A stretch of 64,000 bases of DNA from Oscillospiraceae bacterium (GCA_017512485.1 JAFWGE010000032.1:36721-100720), one strand, 5' to 3'. Shown: positions 50,245-60,561, numbered from the stretch's first letter. Numbers and translations are program-made. Notes: generated from the letters alone by a model not told the origin.

Positions 50245-50898
50245 TTATTCCGCTATCTCCAGCAGATCCGGCTCCACCCGGCAGGGCAGGCATAAAATCT
50301 CCACCCCGGCGGCCTCGGTTTCATAGAGGGCCTCGGCGAAAGCGGGGTGGGTCCCGGTGTTTGGGAGCACCCGGCTTACCCCCTGCGTCTGTATGACGAA
50401 CGCGATCGTACTCCTGAAGCCCCGCCGGACCGCGTTCGCCAGTTCCCGAAGGTGCCGTACACCGCGCTCCGTCGGCGCGTCCGGAAAGTATCCCATAGAA
50501 TCCCTTATAAGCGTACAGCCTTTTACCTCCATAAGGAACCGGTCCTTTCCGCGTTCCATATAAAAATCTATGCGTGATCTGCCAAAGGTATACTCCGGCT
50601 TTATAAGGGAATAATCCTTTTTTTGCAGCCATTCCGACACGGCTTTGTTCGGGGCCTGGCTGTCTATATTGAAAAGGGCCCCGTTTTCGGCATAAACCCC
50701 TATAAGGTCATACCGCGTTTTCCGCCGTGGGTTCTGCGCGGGAGCCAGGATCACCCGGCTGCCGGGAACCAGGAGTTCCCTGCACCTGCCGCTGTTTTTT
50801 ACATGCACCGTCTCCGGCGCCCCGCCTAGTTCAACGTGCGCCGCGAACCGGTTTGGCCTGTCGATAAAAAACGCCGTTGTCACGCCGTGATAACGCAC
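50245..50898 (-). CDS. sfsA: Sugar fermentation stimulation protein SfsA
   Basis: FIDRPNRFAAHV...VHVKNSGRCRELL, SRIDF, GYFPDAPTERGVRHLREL. GTG 50898 lies 7 nt after AAAGGAGG; the track ORF extends to 51003, about 35 aa longer than family members. Confidence 0.85.
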   Translation of the reverse strand: MRYHGVTTAFFIDRPNRFAAHVELGGAPETVHVKNSGRCRELLVPGSRVILAPAQNPRRKTRYDLIGVYAENGALFNIDSQAPNKAVSEWLQKKDYSLIKPEYTFGRSRIDFYMERGKDRFLMEVKGCTLIRDSMGYFPDAPTERGVRHLRELANAVRRGFRSTIAFVIQTQGVSRVLPNTGTHPAFAEALYETEAAGVEILCLPCRVEPDLLEIAE

Positions 50899-51121
50899 CG
50901 GCACACCTCCTTTTCCGGCTCGGCGGCACTCAGGAACATCCCCTCCCGCCTGCGGCGGCGCCCCGACGCCTGAAACAAATATGTCCGCCGGCCTTCTCTT
51001 CATTATTTACAAACAGTACAAACTGTTTTAACAGTTTCATGCTAAAATCTGATCAAAACACAGGGCAAAGCGCTGCCCGCTTTAAACGCCAGAGGCAGCC
51101 CGCCGCCGGATCGGAGGAATT

Positions 51122-51535
51122 ATGAATATCGCAAAACTGCTTACCCCCAAATGCGACGTGGTTTATATAAACGCCGAAGACACTATCAAAGCCGGCATGC
51201 AGAAGCTTCGTTCATGCGGCTACTCATCGATACCCGTCATCTCAAAAGACGGGACGTACGCGGGTTCGGTGAGCGAAGGAGACTTCCTTTGGTACATCAC
51301 CGACAGCAACGGAAAGGATCTGTCCGTTTCCGCTCTGTGGGACAGGCCGGTCTCCGAAGCGGTGAACCCGGGCAGGAACACCCCTGTATCCATAACTGCC
51401 TCGGCGTATGAAGTCGCGCAGAAAGCCCTTGGTCAGAACTTCATACCGGTCATTGACGACAGGGGCGCTTTCGTCGGCATCGTCACACGAAAGACGCTCA
51501 TCGGCTATCTGCTGTCTCACCCGGCGGACATATAA
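51122..51535 (+). CDS. CBS-domain pair protein
   Basis: 137 aa containing two CBS-like repeats (...SSIPVISKDGTYAGSVSEGD..., ...NFIPVIDDRGAFVGIVTRKT...). GGAGGA upstream. Confidence 0.8.
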   Translation: MNIAKLLTPKCDVVYINAEDTIKAGMQKLRSCGYSSIPVISKDGTYAGSVSEGDFLWYITDSNGKDLSVSALWDRPVSEAVNPGRNTPVSITASAYEVAQKALGQNFIPVIDDRGAFVGIVTRKTLIGYLLSHPADI

Positions 51536-51606
51536 TAAGACGTCCCCCGCCCGACGCGGGATCGTCTGCCATATACCGGAACACGCATTCGGACATACTT
51601 ACGCGC

Positions 51607-52053
51607 TTATCGGGTCCTTATTTCCCTGAGGGCCTCTTTTTTCGCGGCGTCCTCCCTCTTGTCATGAAGTTTCTTTCCTCTGGCCAGCGCGAGTTCCACC
51701 TTCACCCTGCTGTCTTTGAAGTACAGGCTGAGCGGGATCAGGGTGAGACCGTCCTGTTTTATCTTCCCGTACAGACGCATTATTTCGCGCTTGTGCATCA
51801 GCAGCTTCCTGTCTCGCTTGGGGTCCTTGTTAAAGATATTGCCTTTTTCATATGGGCTTATGTGCATCCCGATGACATATATCTCCCCGTTTTTGATATT
51901 GCAGAAGGAGTCCTTCAGGTTGACCGTACCCTGTCGTACAGATTTTACCTCTGTCCCGTTGAGGACGATCCCCGCTTCATAAGTCTCCTCAATGAAATAC
52001 TCATGATAGGCCGCTCTGTTTTTTGCAATGGCGGCCTTCTCCGTTTGTTTCAT
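51607..52053 (-). CDS. smpB: SsrA-binding protein
   Basis: 148 aa. [27 protein letters not shown]...LSLYF. Confidence 0.95.
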   Translation of the reverse strand: MKQTEKAAIAKNRAAYHEYFIEETYEAGIVLNGTEVKSVRQGTVNLKDSFCNIKNGEIYVIGMHISPYEKGNIFNKDPKRDRKLLMHKREIMRLYGKIKQDGLTLIPLSLYFKDSRVKVELALARGKKLHDKREDAAKKEALREIRTR

Positions 52054-52215
52054 GGTCCTGCTGTTCCTTTCAGAAATCGTCCCCGCGTTTTGTGTTTTTC
52101 CGGCGGGGCGGGCGCACCGAACTGCCGTGAGCCCCTGCCGAGATTATATCACATGCCGTCATCCCCGGCTACATGGAAAAAACTATGTCCCATATTGACG
52201 CCCGCGATACTATAA

Positions 52216-52250
52216 GACAAAGGGGCGCGCCAGGTGCGCGCCCCTTTCTG
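52216..52250. terminator. Terminator after serA (palindromic, usable in both directions)
   Basis: GGGGCGCGC-CAGGT-GCGCGCCCC flanked by AAA and TTTCTGT. Confidence 0.6.
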
Positions 52251-52284
52251 TATCTCAAATCTCCGGAATGACCGCGTCAGCGGG

Positions 52285-53433
52285 TCAGAATACGTTTATC
52301 ACGCGTATCACTCCCGGCATCTCCGGCAGGGAGGCGGTTTTGTCCACGTCAAAGATCGCATATCCCACTTTTCCGTTGGAAGCGCTCTTGAACGCCGAAA
52401 CACGGCAGCCGCACGAAGTCAGCGCGCCTGATATCCTGCCGGGCAGTTCCGGGTCGTCCCTGTAGGCGACGCATACCCTGTGTTCCGCGCCGCGTTCAAG
52501 GTTTACCGCCGGGAAATTGACGGAGCAGTTTATGTTGCCGTTTTCAAGATAATCCCTCATCTCTTTTGCGGCCATGACAGCGCAGTTCTCCTCGCTCTCC
52601 GGGGTGGATGCGCCCAGATGCGGGATGCACACCACACCGCTGTGCCCGACGAGGTCGGCATCTGGGAAATCAGTAACGTATCTGCTCACTTTCCCGCTGT
52701 CGATCGCCCCCAGAAGGTCAGCGTCGTTCACCAACCCTCCACGTGCTATATTGACGAGCCTGACGCCGTCTTTCATTGCAGCGAACGCCTGCGCGTCCAG
52801 CATGCCCTTGGTGCCCGGCGTCTGTGGGACGTGTATGGTGATATAGTCGCTCCCTGCAAAAACGCTTTTCAGCTCATCGACCACTTTGACTGCAGGATCG
52901 AGCCTGCACGCAGCCGCGACGTTGAGATAGGGGTCATATCCGATCACCGTCATCCCCAAGTCCGTGGCCGCCTTCGCGACAAGGGCCCCTATAGCCCCCA
53001 GCCCGATGACGCCCAGGGTTTTTCCAAAGAGCTCGGGCCCGGCAAAGGCGCTTTTTTTCTTCTCTACAAGGGCGCCCACCTGGCTCTTATCCTCGAGGCC
53101 GACCGCCCACTGAATGCCTCCGGCAATATCCCTGGAAGCCAGCAGCAGTGCGCAGATAACCAGTTCTTTTACCGCATTTGCGTTGGCTCCCGGGGTGTTG
53201 AATACGACTATGCCGTTCTCGGCACACCGGTCGACCGGAATGTTGTTCGTTCCCGCTCCCGCTCTGGCGATGGCCTTGAGGCTTGTGGGAAAAGCGCTCT
53301 CCTGCAGCATATCGGCGGAGCGGACAATTATCCCGTCCGGTTCGGCCGCGGAATCGTCAATCCGGTACAGTTCCCCGGGCAGCAGTTTGAGGCCGTTGGG
53401 AGATATCTTGTTTAAAGTCTTTATGATAAACAT
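52285..53433 (-). CDS. serA: D-3-phosphoglycerate dehydrogenase with C-terminal ACT-like domain
   Basis: 382 aa. NAD-binding GVIGLGAIG and the catalytic R/E/H pattern of 2-hydroxyacid dehydrogenases. Follows serC. Confidence 0.9.
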   Translation of the reverse strand: MFIIKTLNKISPNGLKLLPGELYRIDDSAAEPDGIIVRSADMLQESAFPTSLKAIARAGAGTNNIPVDRCAENGIVVFNTPGANANAVKELVICALLLASRDIAGGIQWAVGLEDKSQVGALVEKKKSAFAGPELFGKTLGVIGLGAIGALVAKAATDLGMTVIGYDPYLNVAAACRLDPAVKVVDELKSVFAGSDYITIHVPQTPGTKGMLDAQAFAAMKDGVRLVNIARGGLVNDADLLGAIDSGKVSRYVTDFPDADLVGHSGVVCIPHLGASTPESEENCAVMAAKEMRDYLENGNINCSVNFPAVNLERGAEHRVCVAYRDDPELPGRISGALTSCGCRVSAFKSASNGKVGYAIFDVDKTASLPEMPGVIRVINVF

Positions 53434-53444
53434 CTGCGGACACC

Positions 53445-54530
53445 TCAGTTGTTTTTTTCAAAAGCCCGCATGAAATCCACGAGCTTCTCAACACCCTCCA
53501 TGGGCATGGCGTTGTAGATCGACACCCGCATACCGCCCAGCGTCCTGTATCCCTTCAGGTTTACAAATCCCGCCTGCGTCGCTTCACTGACGAATTTGGC
53601 GTCCAGTTCCTCGCTGTCCGTATGGAAGGTGACGTTCATATCGGAGCGGGCTTCTTTGTCGGCGCGTCCAATGAACATACGGCTGTCGTCTATGCACTCA
53701 TACAGCATGGCGGCGCGTTTTGATTTGATCTTCTCCATCTCCTCTATACCGCCCAATTCCGCGAGCCAGTCAAGCACCAGGCCGAGAATGTATACGTTAT
53801 ATGCCGGAGGAGTATTGTACATGGAGTTTTTGCTTATCTGAAGCTTGTAATCTATGATGGCGGGGGTTATGGGGAGACAGCCCTCCAGAATATCCTCCCG
53901 GACGATCACCACTGTAACGCCGGCACAAGCCATATTCTTCTGGGCTCCGGCATAGATAATGCCGAAGCGGGATACGTCTACAGGCCTTGAAAGGATATCC
54001 GAGGACATATCGCTGACCAGGGTGACACTCCCGGTATCGGGAATATACTTCCACTCGGTCCCGTATACGGTGTTATTGGCGCAGTAATGGAAATACGACG
54101 CCTCCGGATCTATATCCAGCTGGTCCTGGGTAGGGATATAAACGTGGTCCCTGTCCGCTGAACTGGCGGCAATACGGCACTGGCCGTATTTTTTTCCTTC
54201 TTTGTACGCGTTGTTGGAGAAATTCCCGGTTATGGCATAATCGGCTTTTCCCGTCTTTCCGATAAGGTTCAGCGCCACAGCGGCAAACTGGAGCGTCGCT
54301 CCTCCCTGCAGGAAAAGGATCCTGTATCCGTCGGGTATCCTGAGTGCGGCGCGGAGTTTATCCTGCGCGGCATTGAAAATGTTCTCATAGACCTTGGATC
54401 TGTGACTCATCTCCATCACGGACATGCCGGAGCCGCCGTAGTTCGTCATCTCCGCGGCAGCGCGCTCCAGCACCGGAAGCGGCAGCGTGGAAGGGCCGGC
54501 AGCAAAATTATATACACGTGAATTCTGCAT
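53445..54530 (-). CDS. serC: Phosphoserine aminotransferase
   Basis: 361 aa. YNFAAGPSTLP N-terminus and an AQKN PLP-lysine region. Confidence 0.95.
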   Translation of the reverse strand: MQNSRVYNFAAGPSTLPLPVLERAAAEMTNYGGSGMSVMEMSHRSKVYENIFNAAQDKLRAALRIPDGYRILFLQGGATLQFAAVALNLIGKTGKADYAITGNFSNNAYKEGKKYGQCRIAASSADRDHVYIPTQDQLDIDPEASYFHYCANNTVYGTEWKYIPDTGSVTLVSDMSSDILSRPVDVSRFGIIYAGAQKNMACAGVTVVIVREDILEGCLPITPAIIDYKLQISKNSMYNTPPAYNVYILGLVLDWLAELGGIEEMEKIKSKRAAMLYECIDDSRMFIGRADKEARSDMNVTFHTDSEELDAKFVSEATQAGFVNLKGYRTLGGMRVSIYNAMPMEGVEKLVDFMRAFEKNN

Positions 54531-54661
54531 ATATTCATCCCCTTCTTTATGTGGACTGCTCTCTGGTCAGGTATCCATGACCCACCGGATACCGGTCCCG
54601 TTCTATGCGGCAGTACGCTGTTCATGGAAACTGCGACAAAAATAATAAACTATATTTAGGA

Positions 54662-54689
54662 ATTATACCATAGATGCATGGGTTGTCAA
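54662..54689 (-). promoter_or_regulatory. Near-consensus sigma-A promoter of serCA
   Basis: Minus strand reads TTGACA - 16 nt - TATAAT, about 130 nt upstream of the serC ATG. Confidence 0.45.
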
Positions 54690-54862
54690 TGCAAATTGTG
54701 TATACTGCTCTCTATTCCGAAGGAAAGGAAATGTCTTCCTGCCATGAATAATCTATCACACCTTATCACGGCGCATCCCTTCAGCATCACGTTCCGGGAA
54801 TGGTCCTCAATCCCGCCAGTATCCAGGGTCCGGAGTTACCGGCCATCCCGCCCGGTGAAACG

Positions 54863-54895
54863 GACGCGGCGGCCCCTTTTCGGAGCCGCCGCGTC
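54863..54895 (-). terminator. GC-rich hairpin terminator after htrA
   Basis: GACGCGGCGGC...GCCGCCGCGTC with an 11-bp stem. The U-tract on the minus strand is weak (GTTTCAC). Confidence 0.45.
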
Positions 54896-54913
54896 TATTG
54901 CCGTTTTTAACTG

Positions 54914-56443
54914 TCAGGGCAGTACCGTGGTGCCCGGCGCCTGTGAAACAACGTAGTCAGGCACGCGCTCATCAAAGACCACGGATATCTCTATCGTTTG
55001 CGAGTTCCTGTATACCGTCAGCACGGCGGTATCCCCCGCTTTGTACTTGGCGATCTCCGCTTTGAGCTGTGCTCCGGAAACTACCTGGACCCCGTTGATG
55101 CCGGTTATGATATCGGCCACCTGGACCCCCGCGTTCTCCGCGCAGCCGCCCGCATCGAGGGCTCCGACGTATACGCCCCTGGGAACGCTGTAGTAATAGG
55201 AATAGGACGCGTCGATATCCCTGTAACGAATACCCATGTATGCCCTGCCCTTCACATATCCATAGAGGGATATCTGGTTGACCTGCTCAATTACGTCGTT
55301 GATAGGCAGCGCGAAAGCAAGGCCCTCCACACCGGTGGACGAGTATTTCGCCGTAGCCACGCCTATGACCTCTCCCTTGGAGTTGAACACCGGCCCGCCG
55401 GAATTGCCGGAGTTGATGGCGGCGTCGATCTGGAACATGTTCTGATACGATCCGTCAACGTTGATGCTCCTGTCCAGGGCGCTGATGCTGCCGGTGGTAA
55501 GAGAGAATGTAAGTTCTCCCAGGGGGTTCCCGATAACGCACACGGTCTCCCCCACACTGCATTCTTCCATATCCCCAATAACAACGTAATCAAATTCCCT
55601 GTCCGCGTCTATCTTAAGGAGAGCAACGTCGCCGCTGCTGTCCTTGCCCACCAGCTGGGCGTCGTATGTGTTGCCGTCATACAGGGAAATCTCAAACTTG
55701 GTTCCGCTGTCCACCACGTGGCAGTTCGTAATAAGATATCCGTCTGGTGAGATTATAAAGCCGCTGCCCGATACAGGGACTTCGGTTATCTGTCCGAAAA
55801 GGTTTGTTGTGGTGACTTCTGTGGTTATACCCACGCAGGCGTTTACGTAGTTGTTATATATCTCCGTGGGGGTCATTTCCTGCCCGTTGCCCTTATATGT
55901 GGTAATGGGCTTGCCGGATACGACAACTTTCACCTGGGTGTCCGCGCTGTCGGAACTGCCCGCTTCCCTGTCGGCCGGGACGTTTTCTCCGACACCTGCC
56001 GTTGCCGTAGGCGCGGGCTCTTCCGGCTTCTCCGTCGTTTCGGGGGTTGTGGCGGTATCCCTGCTTTTCAGCGCGTAGTAACTGCCCGCTCCCGCTGCTC
56101 CCCCTATAATTACCATACACAGGAGCAGCGCTATGAATTTTACGGCACCGGACTTTTTCTTCCTGGTACGTGCCGCAGGTTCCGGTGTGCTGTAGGACGA
56201 ATAATTCTGATACGTCCGGCCGGGTTCATAGGAGGTGCGGTAACTCTCGCCGCTCCCGAAGCTGTCCGACGAATATCTCTGTTCTCCACCGGTCCAGGAA
56301 GTGCTGCTTCTCTCCTGCTCCGGCGCGGTCCTGTACGGATCCGAAGAACTGCCATTCTCCTCCGTCCGTCTGTAAGTGAACGAATATGTTCCGTCCGACG
56401 AGGGGGCGTTATTGTTTTCTCTGTCGGTATAAGGATCAAACAT
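54914..56443 (-). CDS. htrA: HtrA/DegP-family serine protease with a single PDZ domain and membrane anchor
   Basis: 509 aa. Ser/Tyr-rich disordered N-terminus, a TM helix (FIALLLCMVIIGGAAGAG), the protease motif GNSGGPVF and a C-terminal PDZ domain. Confidence 0.9.
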   Translation of the reverse strand: MFDPYTDRENNNAPSSDGTYSFTYRRTEENGSSSDPYRTAPEQERSSTSWTGGEQRYSSDSFGSGESYRTSYEPGRTYQNYSSYSTPEPAARTRKKKSGAVKFIALLLCMVIIGGAAGAGSYYALKSRDTATTPETTEKPEEPAPTATAGVGENVPADREAGSSDSADTQVKVVVSGKPITTYKGNGQEMTPTEIYNNYVNACVGITTEVTTTNLFGQITEVPVSGSGFIISPDGYLITNCHVVDSGTKFEISLYDGNTYDAQLVGKDSSGDVALLKIDADREFDYVVIGDMEECSVGETVCVIGNPLGELTFSLTTGSISALDRSINVDGSYQNMFQIDAAINSGNSGGPVFNSKGEVIGVATAKYSSTGVEGLAFALPINDVIEQVNQISLYGYVKGRAYMGIRYRDIDASYSYYYSVPRGVYVGALDAGGCAENAGVQVADIITGINGVQVVSGAQLKAEIAKYKAGDTAVLTVYRNSQTIEISVVFDERVPDYVVSQAPGTTVLP

Positions 56444-56569
56444 ATCAAGTACCTCCCCTGTATATCTGAATGGTTTCCCGTATGATTCTTACAGTAACAT
56501 AGTAACTGTCACTTATGTCCAATCGGTTAACAAGATTGGAACAGTTTTAAAAAAGGCCTTGACAATTTT

Positions 56570-57727
56570 TCAAACGCCGTCATTATCCCTGCCTGTCTGT
56601 CTGCGGATGTCTTCCATGACGGCTTTGATATCCCTGACCGTATTTTTAAATACCCCTGTTTTGCAGAAGTTCAGGAAGAGCACCAGGAGTATCGGACACC
56701 ACACCATGCCCGGGATACCTCCCATGATATACCCCGCATAGATGCTGACGAGCAACTGTACAGGCGTGAGGCCCGGTTTGGTCTTGGGCAGGACTGACTT
56801 CAGCAAAAGCCGGGCCAGCGTGACAACTATATATATTATAAGGAGCGATATACCTTTTCCAAGTCGGTCGGACATAAAGCATATCGCCGTCCATGGGATA
56901 AGGACGACTCCCGGCCCGAAAAACGGGATAAAGTCCACTATGGACAAAACCAGCGCCAGCAGCAGGGCATACTGCTGGCGAACCAAAAGGAAACCGGCCG
57001 TCAGTACAACAAATGCCGAGGCGGAGAGGAAAAACTGGTGTTTTACGTAACCCCCTGCGATTATAAGGAAATTATCCTTTATGCCCTGCAGATGGCTGCG
57101 CATGGACTCTCCGAGTTTGTCATTGATCTTCCAGCTGAGGCGCGGGTAGTCGACGGTAATAAAATAGGATGACATGATAAACGCCACCAGCGCTACGGAC
57201 GCGGCGACGATACCCGATGCCATGGAGCCCGACACGCCCACTACCAGTCCCACCGTTTCCCCAAGGCTGTCCTGAAGCCATGACAAGATCGTATCCACAG
57301 TCTCCCACAGAAATACTTCCGCCCCCGAGGGGTCTACTTCCGAAGAAACAATTTTCTTTTCGATATTCGATATCGTGCTTACGAAACTCCCCCAGTGGAT
57401 CTCCCAGTTCATTGCCAGGGTGACGACTTCATACACGAGGGTGTACAGGCACCAGAAGAACAGGCCTGTTATCGCCACAAACACCAGTATAAGGAGAACT
57501 ACGGTTATGGGTTTCCGCGGCAGCCTGAATCTTCCGGAAAGACGTTTGATGAGCGGGTTCAGCGCCCATGCCAGCAGCACGGCAAAGAAAAAAGGCAGGG
57601 CCATGCTTACCAGTCTGCGTGCCGCCAGGACACACGCCAGGACCACCAGGACTATGATCGCCAGGCGGAGCATAACGCGCGTGTAGAGTTCTTTTCTCTC
57701 TTTTCCGGACGGACCGCCGCTGTCCAT
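56570..57727 (-). CDS. AI-2E family transporter (YtvI-like sporulation integral membrane protein)
   Basis: 385 aa with about 8 TM helices and PerM/AI-2E-type topology and length. Confidence 0.8.
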   Translation of the reverse strand: MDSGGPSGKERKELYTRVMLRLAIIVLVVLACVLAARRLVSMALPFFFAVLLAWALNPLIKRLSGRFRLPRKPITVVLLILVFVAITGLFFWCLYTLVYEVVTLAMNWEIHWGSFVSTISNIEKKIVSSEVDPSGAEVFLWETVDTILSWLQDSLGETVGLVVGVSGSMASGIVAASVALVAFIMSSYFITVDYPRLSWKINDKLGESMRSHLQGIKDNFLIIAGGYVKHQFFLSASAFVVLTAGFLLVRQQYALLLALVLSIVDFIPFFGPGVVLIPWTAICFMSDRLGKGISLLIIYIVVTLARLLLKSVLPKTKPGLTPVQLLVSIYAGYIMGGIPGMVWCPILLVLFLNFCKTGVFKNTVRDIKAVMEDIRRQTGRDNDGV

Positions 57728-57764
57728 GGCCTACGCCTCTCCTTTCACGAAACAACCCGGGGGA

Positions 57765-58478
57765 TCAGATAACGAATCCCCCGTTGGGACATATGACCTG
57801 GCCTGTAATAAAAGCGGACTCAGCCAGGAATATCATGGTTTCGGCAACCTCCAGCGGGGTACCCAGCCTCCCCAAAGGCGTACGTTCAGCCAGTTCGTCC
57901 AGGGAAGCCCTGTCCAGCCCGCTGTTCATATCCGTTTCGATCACGCCTGGGGCAACACAATTCACCCGGACGCCGGACGGCCCGAGTTCCTTAGCCAGGG
58001 CTTTCGCCAAGCCTATCACCCCCGCTTTGGAAGCAGAGTAGGCCGCCTCACATGATGCCCCGACCTGACCCCACATGGAAGAGACGAGTATAATGCTCCC
58101 GGAGCGTCTTCTCACCATTCCCGGTATAACGGCCCTGCAGGCCCCGGCTGCCCCCTTGAGGTTGACGTCCATAAGCCGATCCCATTCCGCTTCGCTCATC
58201 TGTTGTAAAAGTCCGATATGGGATATCCCGGCACAGTATATGAGCACGTCGGGGGGCCCGAACCGCTCTTCCGCTGCGGCGGCAAAAAGCTCACTCTGCT
58301 GCCAGGACGCGCCGTCCGCCCTGAAAGGCATCGTATGGCCCTCAAACTCCGACGCGAGGGACCGGGCTTCCTTTTCAGAAAGGAGATACGTGAACGCAGT
58401 GTTCCACCCGCGCGCGCAGAACAGCCTTACCGCAGCCGCGCCTATCCCTCTGGAACCCCCCATGATATAAGCGTTCAT
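57765..58478 (-). CDS. SDR-family oxidoreductase (FabG-like)
   Basis: 237 aa. GGSRGIG, YSASKAG, and P-G-.-I-.-T motifs. ATGA overlap with the rpiB stop. Confidence 0.85.
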   Translation of the reverse strand: MNAYIMGGSRGIGAAAVRLFCARGWNTAFTYLLSEKEARSLASEFEGHTMPFRADGASWQQSELFAAAAEERFGPPDVLIYCAGISHIGLLQQMSEAEWDRLMDVNLKGAAGACRAVIPGMVRRRSGSIILVSSMWGQVGASCEAAYSASKAGVIGLAKALAKELGPSGVRVNCVAPGVIETDMNSGLDRASLDELAERTPLGRLGTPLEVAETMIFLAESAFITGQVICPNGGFVI

Positions 58479-58906
58479 TTTATAGCGTCGATCAGGGCCA
58501 CCCTGCGGGCGTGGCGTCCTCCCTCAAATTCCGTGTTCAGGAACACCTCCACTATCTTTTCCGCCAACCCGGCTCCCACCACTCTGGCTCCTAAGGCCAG
58601 GATCTGGGCGTTGTTGTGCCTGCGGCACATCTCGGCGGAAAACACATCCGAACAGGCCGCCGCGCGTATCCCCGGCACCTTGTTTGCCGCCAGGGATATG
58701 CCGATGCCGGTCCCGCAAAACAGGAGCCCCCGGTCGCACGCGCCCGAGGCCACCGCTCTGGCGACAGCTTCACCGTATACAGGATAGTCACAGCTCTCAG
58801 TGGAAAAAGTCCCGAAGTCTTTCCATTCGTATCCGTGAGCGTCAAGGTATTTGATGATCTCCAGCTTCAGCGGGTACCCCGCATGGTCAGAACCCAATGC
58901 GATCAT
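58475..58906 (-). CDS. rpiB: Ribose-5-phosphate isomerase B
   Basis: 143 aa from ATG 58906 (GGGGGA upstream). MIALGSDHAGYPLK, GLLFCGTGIG. The track ORF extends to 59092 and overlaps the upstream gene. Confidence 0.93.
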   Translation of the reverse strand: MIALGSDHAGYPLKLEIIKYLDAHGYEWKDFGTFSTESCDYPVYGEAVARAVASGACDRGLLFCGTGIGISLAANKVPGIRAAACSDVFSAEMCRRHNNAQILALGARVVGAGLAEKIVEVFLNTEFEGGRHARRVALIDAIK

Positions 58907-58959
58907 TGTATTTCCCCCTATTAATATAATTGACGGCCCTGTCCGGTCCGTTAAGATCT

Positions 58960-60561
58960 TTATTCCTCCGTGCGGCCAACGCCTATGCTCCAGTTCCCGA
59001 TCCCATAAAACGGATCGCTCCCAGAAGGCGTCGCCCCACTGAGAAGGCCTCTCTGCGTAAGGATCATTTCGTTTTTGAACAGTACGGGACATATCGGGGA
59101 GGCAGCGGTCAGAAAACCGTAAAAATCCGCCGCGTCGGCCGTCCCGGCCATATATCTGTCTATGAGTTCGTCCGCGTCATAGTTTGAATAGTTGCCGTAG
59201 TTCGTATCCCCGTATATGCCCAGCATCTCGGAAAGGTCAAAATCGTTCTGCATTTTTATCTCCCCGTAATACAGGTCGAAATCCCGGTAGCTGAGCTCGT
59301 CCTGAAAAGTCTCCCAGTCGAGGAGCCTTACCGTCACGTCCGCTCCGGCTTCCCTGAGGCTCTCGGCAATGGTCTGGGCCGCGGATACTTTATAGGCGTT
59401 CTCCTCGTTCACGATAAAGTCCAGCGTCAGGCGCATGCCGTATTTCTTCAGCACCCCGTCAGGATCCATCTCGGTAAACCCCAGTTTTTTCAGAGCCTCT
59501 CTGGCGGAAGCGCCTCCGTGCGGTGTCTCTTCCGCCCCAATAGCGGCATATTCCGAACTGTACGGGCTCAGCGGAAGATATGCGGGCGCCGCGAACCCCG
59601 CGAAGACAGTTTCCGATATGAACTGCCTGTCCACTGCCAGCGACAAAGCCGCCCGGACTTCCGGGTCGGAAGTGAACCCCCCATCGGTATTGTAACCTAC
59701 GTACTGCATGACGCTGGTGCCGATGACATAACTCTCACCGGTCTCCCGGAAATTGACCGCCCCTGTCCTCGTGCGGTCATAGACGACAAAATTCGTGACC
59801 CCGGTCTGAAAATCGAACATCTCCTGGTCCGGGGACGAAGTGCTTACCAGATCGATCCGTTCCGGCATATTTTCCGTGCCCTTCCACCAGCCGCTGTTCA
59901 GCGTAAGACAGACCCCGTCTGGCTCCTCCGCAAGACAATACGGTCCTGTACCGTTCGGCCGTGGCTCGTCGCCCTGCCAACTCTCCACTATGGGTATATC
60001 CAACAACAGCGGAAGCCTGACGTTGGCTTTGCGAAGGTAGATCCTTACCGTGCGCTCGTCCAGTTCGGTCACCGACAGGATATTGCTCATGCGGGAATAA
60101 AACCCGCTGTCGGAAGTATCCGCCATTTCGTAGGAGTAAACCACGTCCTCCGCGGAAAGCTTTTTCCCGCCGCTGAAGTATACTCCGTCCCTGAGTTTGA
60201 AAGTCCACTCCGTATTGTCTTCCGTCTGCCAGCTCTCGCACAGGCAGGCCTCTGCTTCGAATGAGGGGTTTACGCTGAAAAGTCCCTCATAGATAAGTTT
60301 CCCTACGATCTGGTTGCAGGAATTGTCGCACTGGAACGGGTTGAGCGCCGCGGACGGGTAATATGGGAGCCTAAGGCTCGAACCGTCCGGTTCGGCTGCC
60401 GCGCCGGTCTCCTGCGGGCTGATCTCCTGCGGGGGCTCCTCCCGGGAGGCTTCATCACCGGAACAGCCCGAAAGCATACATAAAGTGAGACATATCGCCG
60501 CAAGCAGGGCGGCGTGTCTGCGCGTCCTCGTAATCCTGATCCTCATAGTCCGTCCATACAT
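58960..60561 (-). CDS. ABC-transporter family-5 (peptide/nickel type) solute-binding lipoprotein, no cognate permease nearby
   Basis: 533 aa. Lipobox LSGC after a basic/hydrophobic signal sequence, followed by an SBP_bac_5-like pattern. ATG overlaps the pgeF TGA (ATGA). Confidence 0.82.
   Translation of the reverse strand: MYGRTMRIRITRTRRHAALLAAICLTLCMLSGCSGDEASREEPPQEISPQETGAAAEPDGSSLRLPYYPSAALNPFQCDNSCNQIVGKLIYEGLFSVNPSFEAEACLCESWQTEDNTEWTFKLRDGVYFSGGKKLSAEDVVYSYEMADTSDSGFYSRMSNILSVTELDERTVRIYLRKANVRLPLLLDIPIVESWQGDEPRPNGTGPYCLAEEPDGVCLTLNSGWWKGTENMPERIDLVSTSSPDQEMFDFQTGVTNFVVYDRTRTGAVNFRETGESYVIGTSVMQYVGYNTDGGFTSDPEVRAALSLAVDRQFISETVFAGFAAPAYLPLSPYSSEYAAIGAEETPHGGASAREALKKLGFTEMDPDGVLKKYGMRLTLDFIVNEENAYKVSAAQTIAESLREAGADVTVRLLDWETFQDELSYRDFDLYYGEIKMQNDFDLSEMLGIYGDTNYGNYSNYDADELIDRYMAGTADAADFYGFLTAASPICPVLFKNEMILTQRGLLSGATPSGSDPFYGIGNWSIGVGRTEE

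Noticed and set aside
51536-52284. tmRNA (ssrA) gene next to smpB
   Set aside because: Neither flank shows the GGGG...acceptor start, a tag reading frame or a ...TCCACCA 3' end. The flanks are short and are explained by a promoter with an extended -10 (TGATATAAT, 52143-52151 minus) and the serA terminator.
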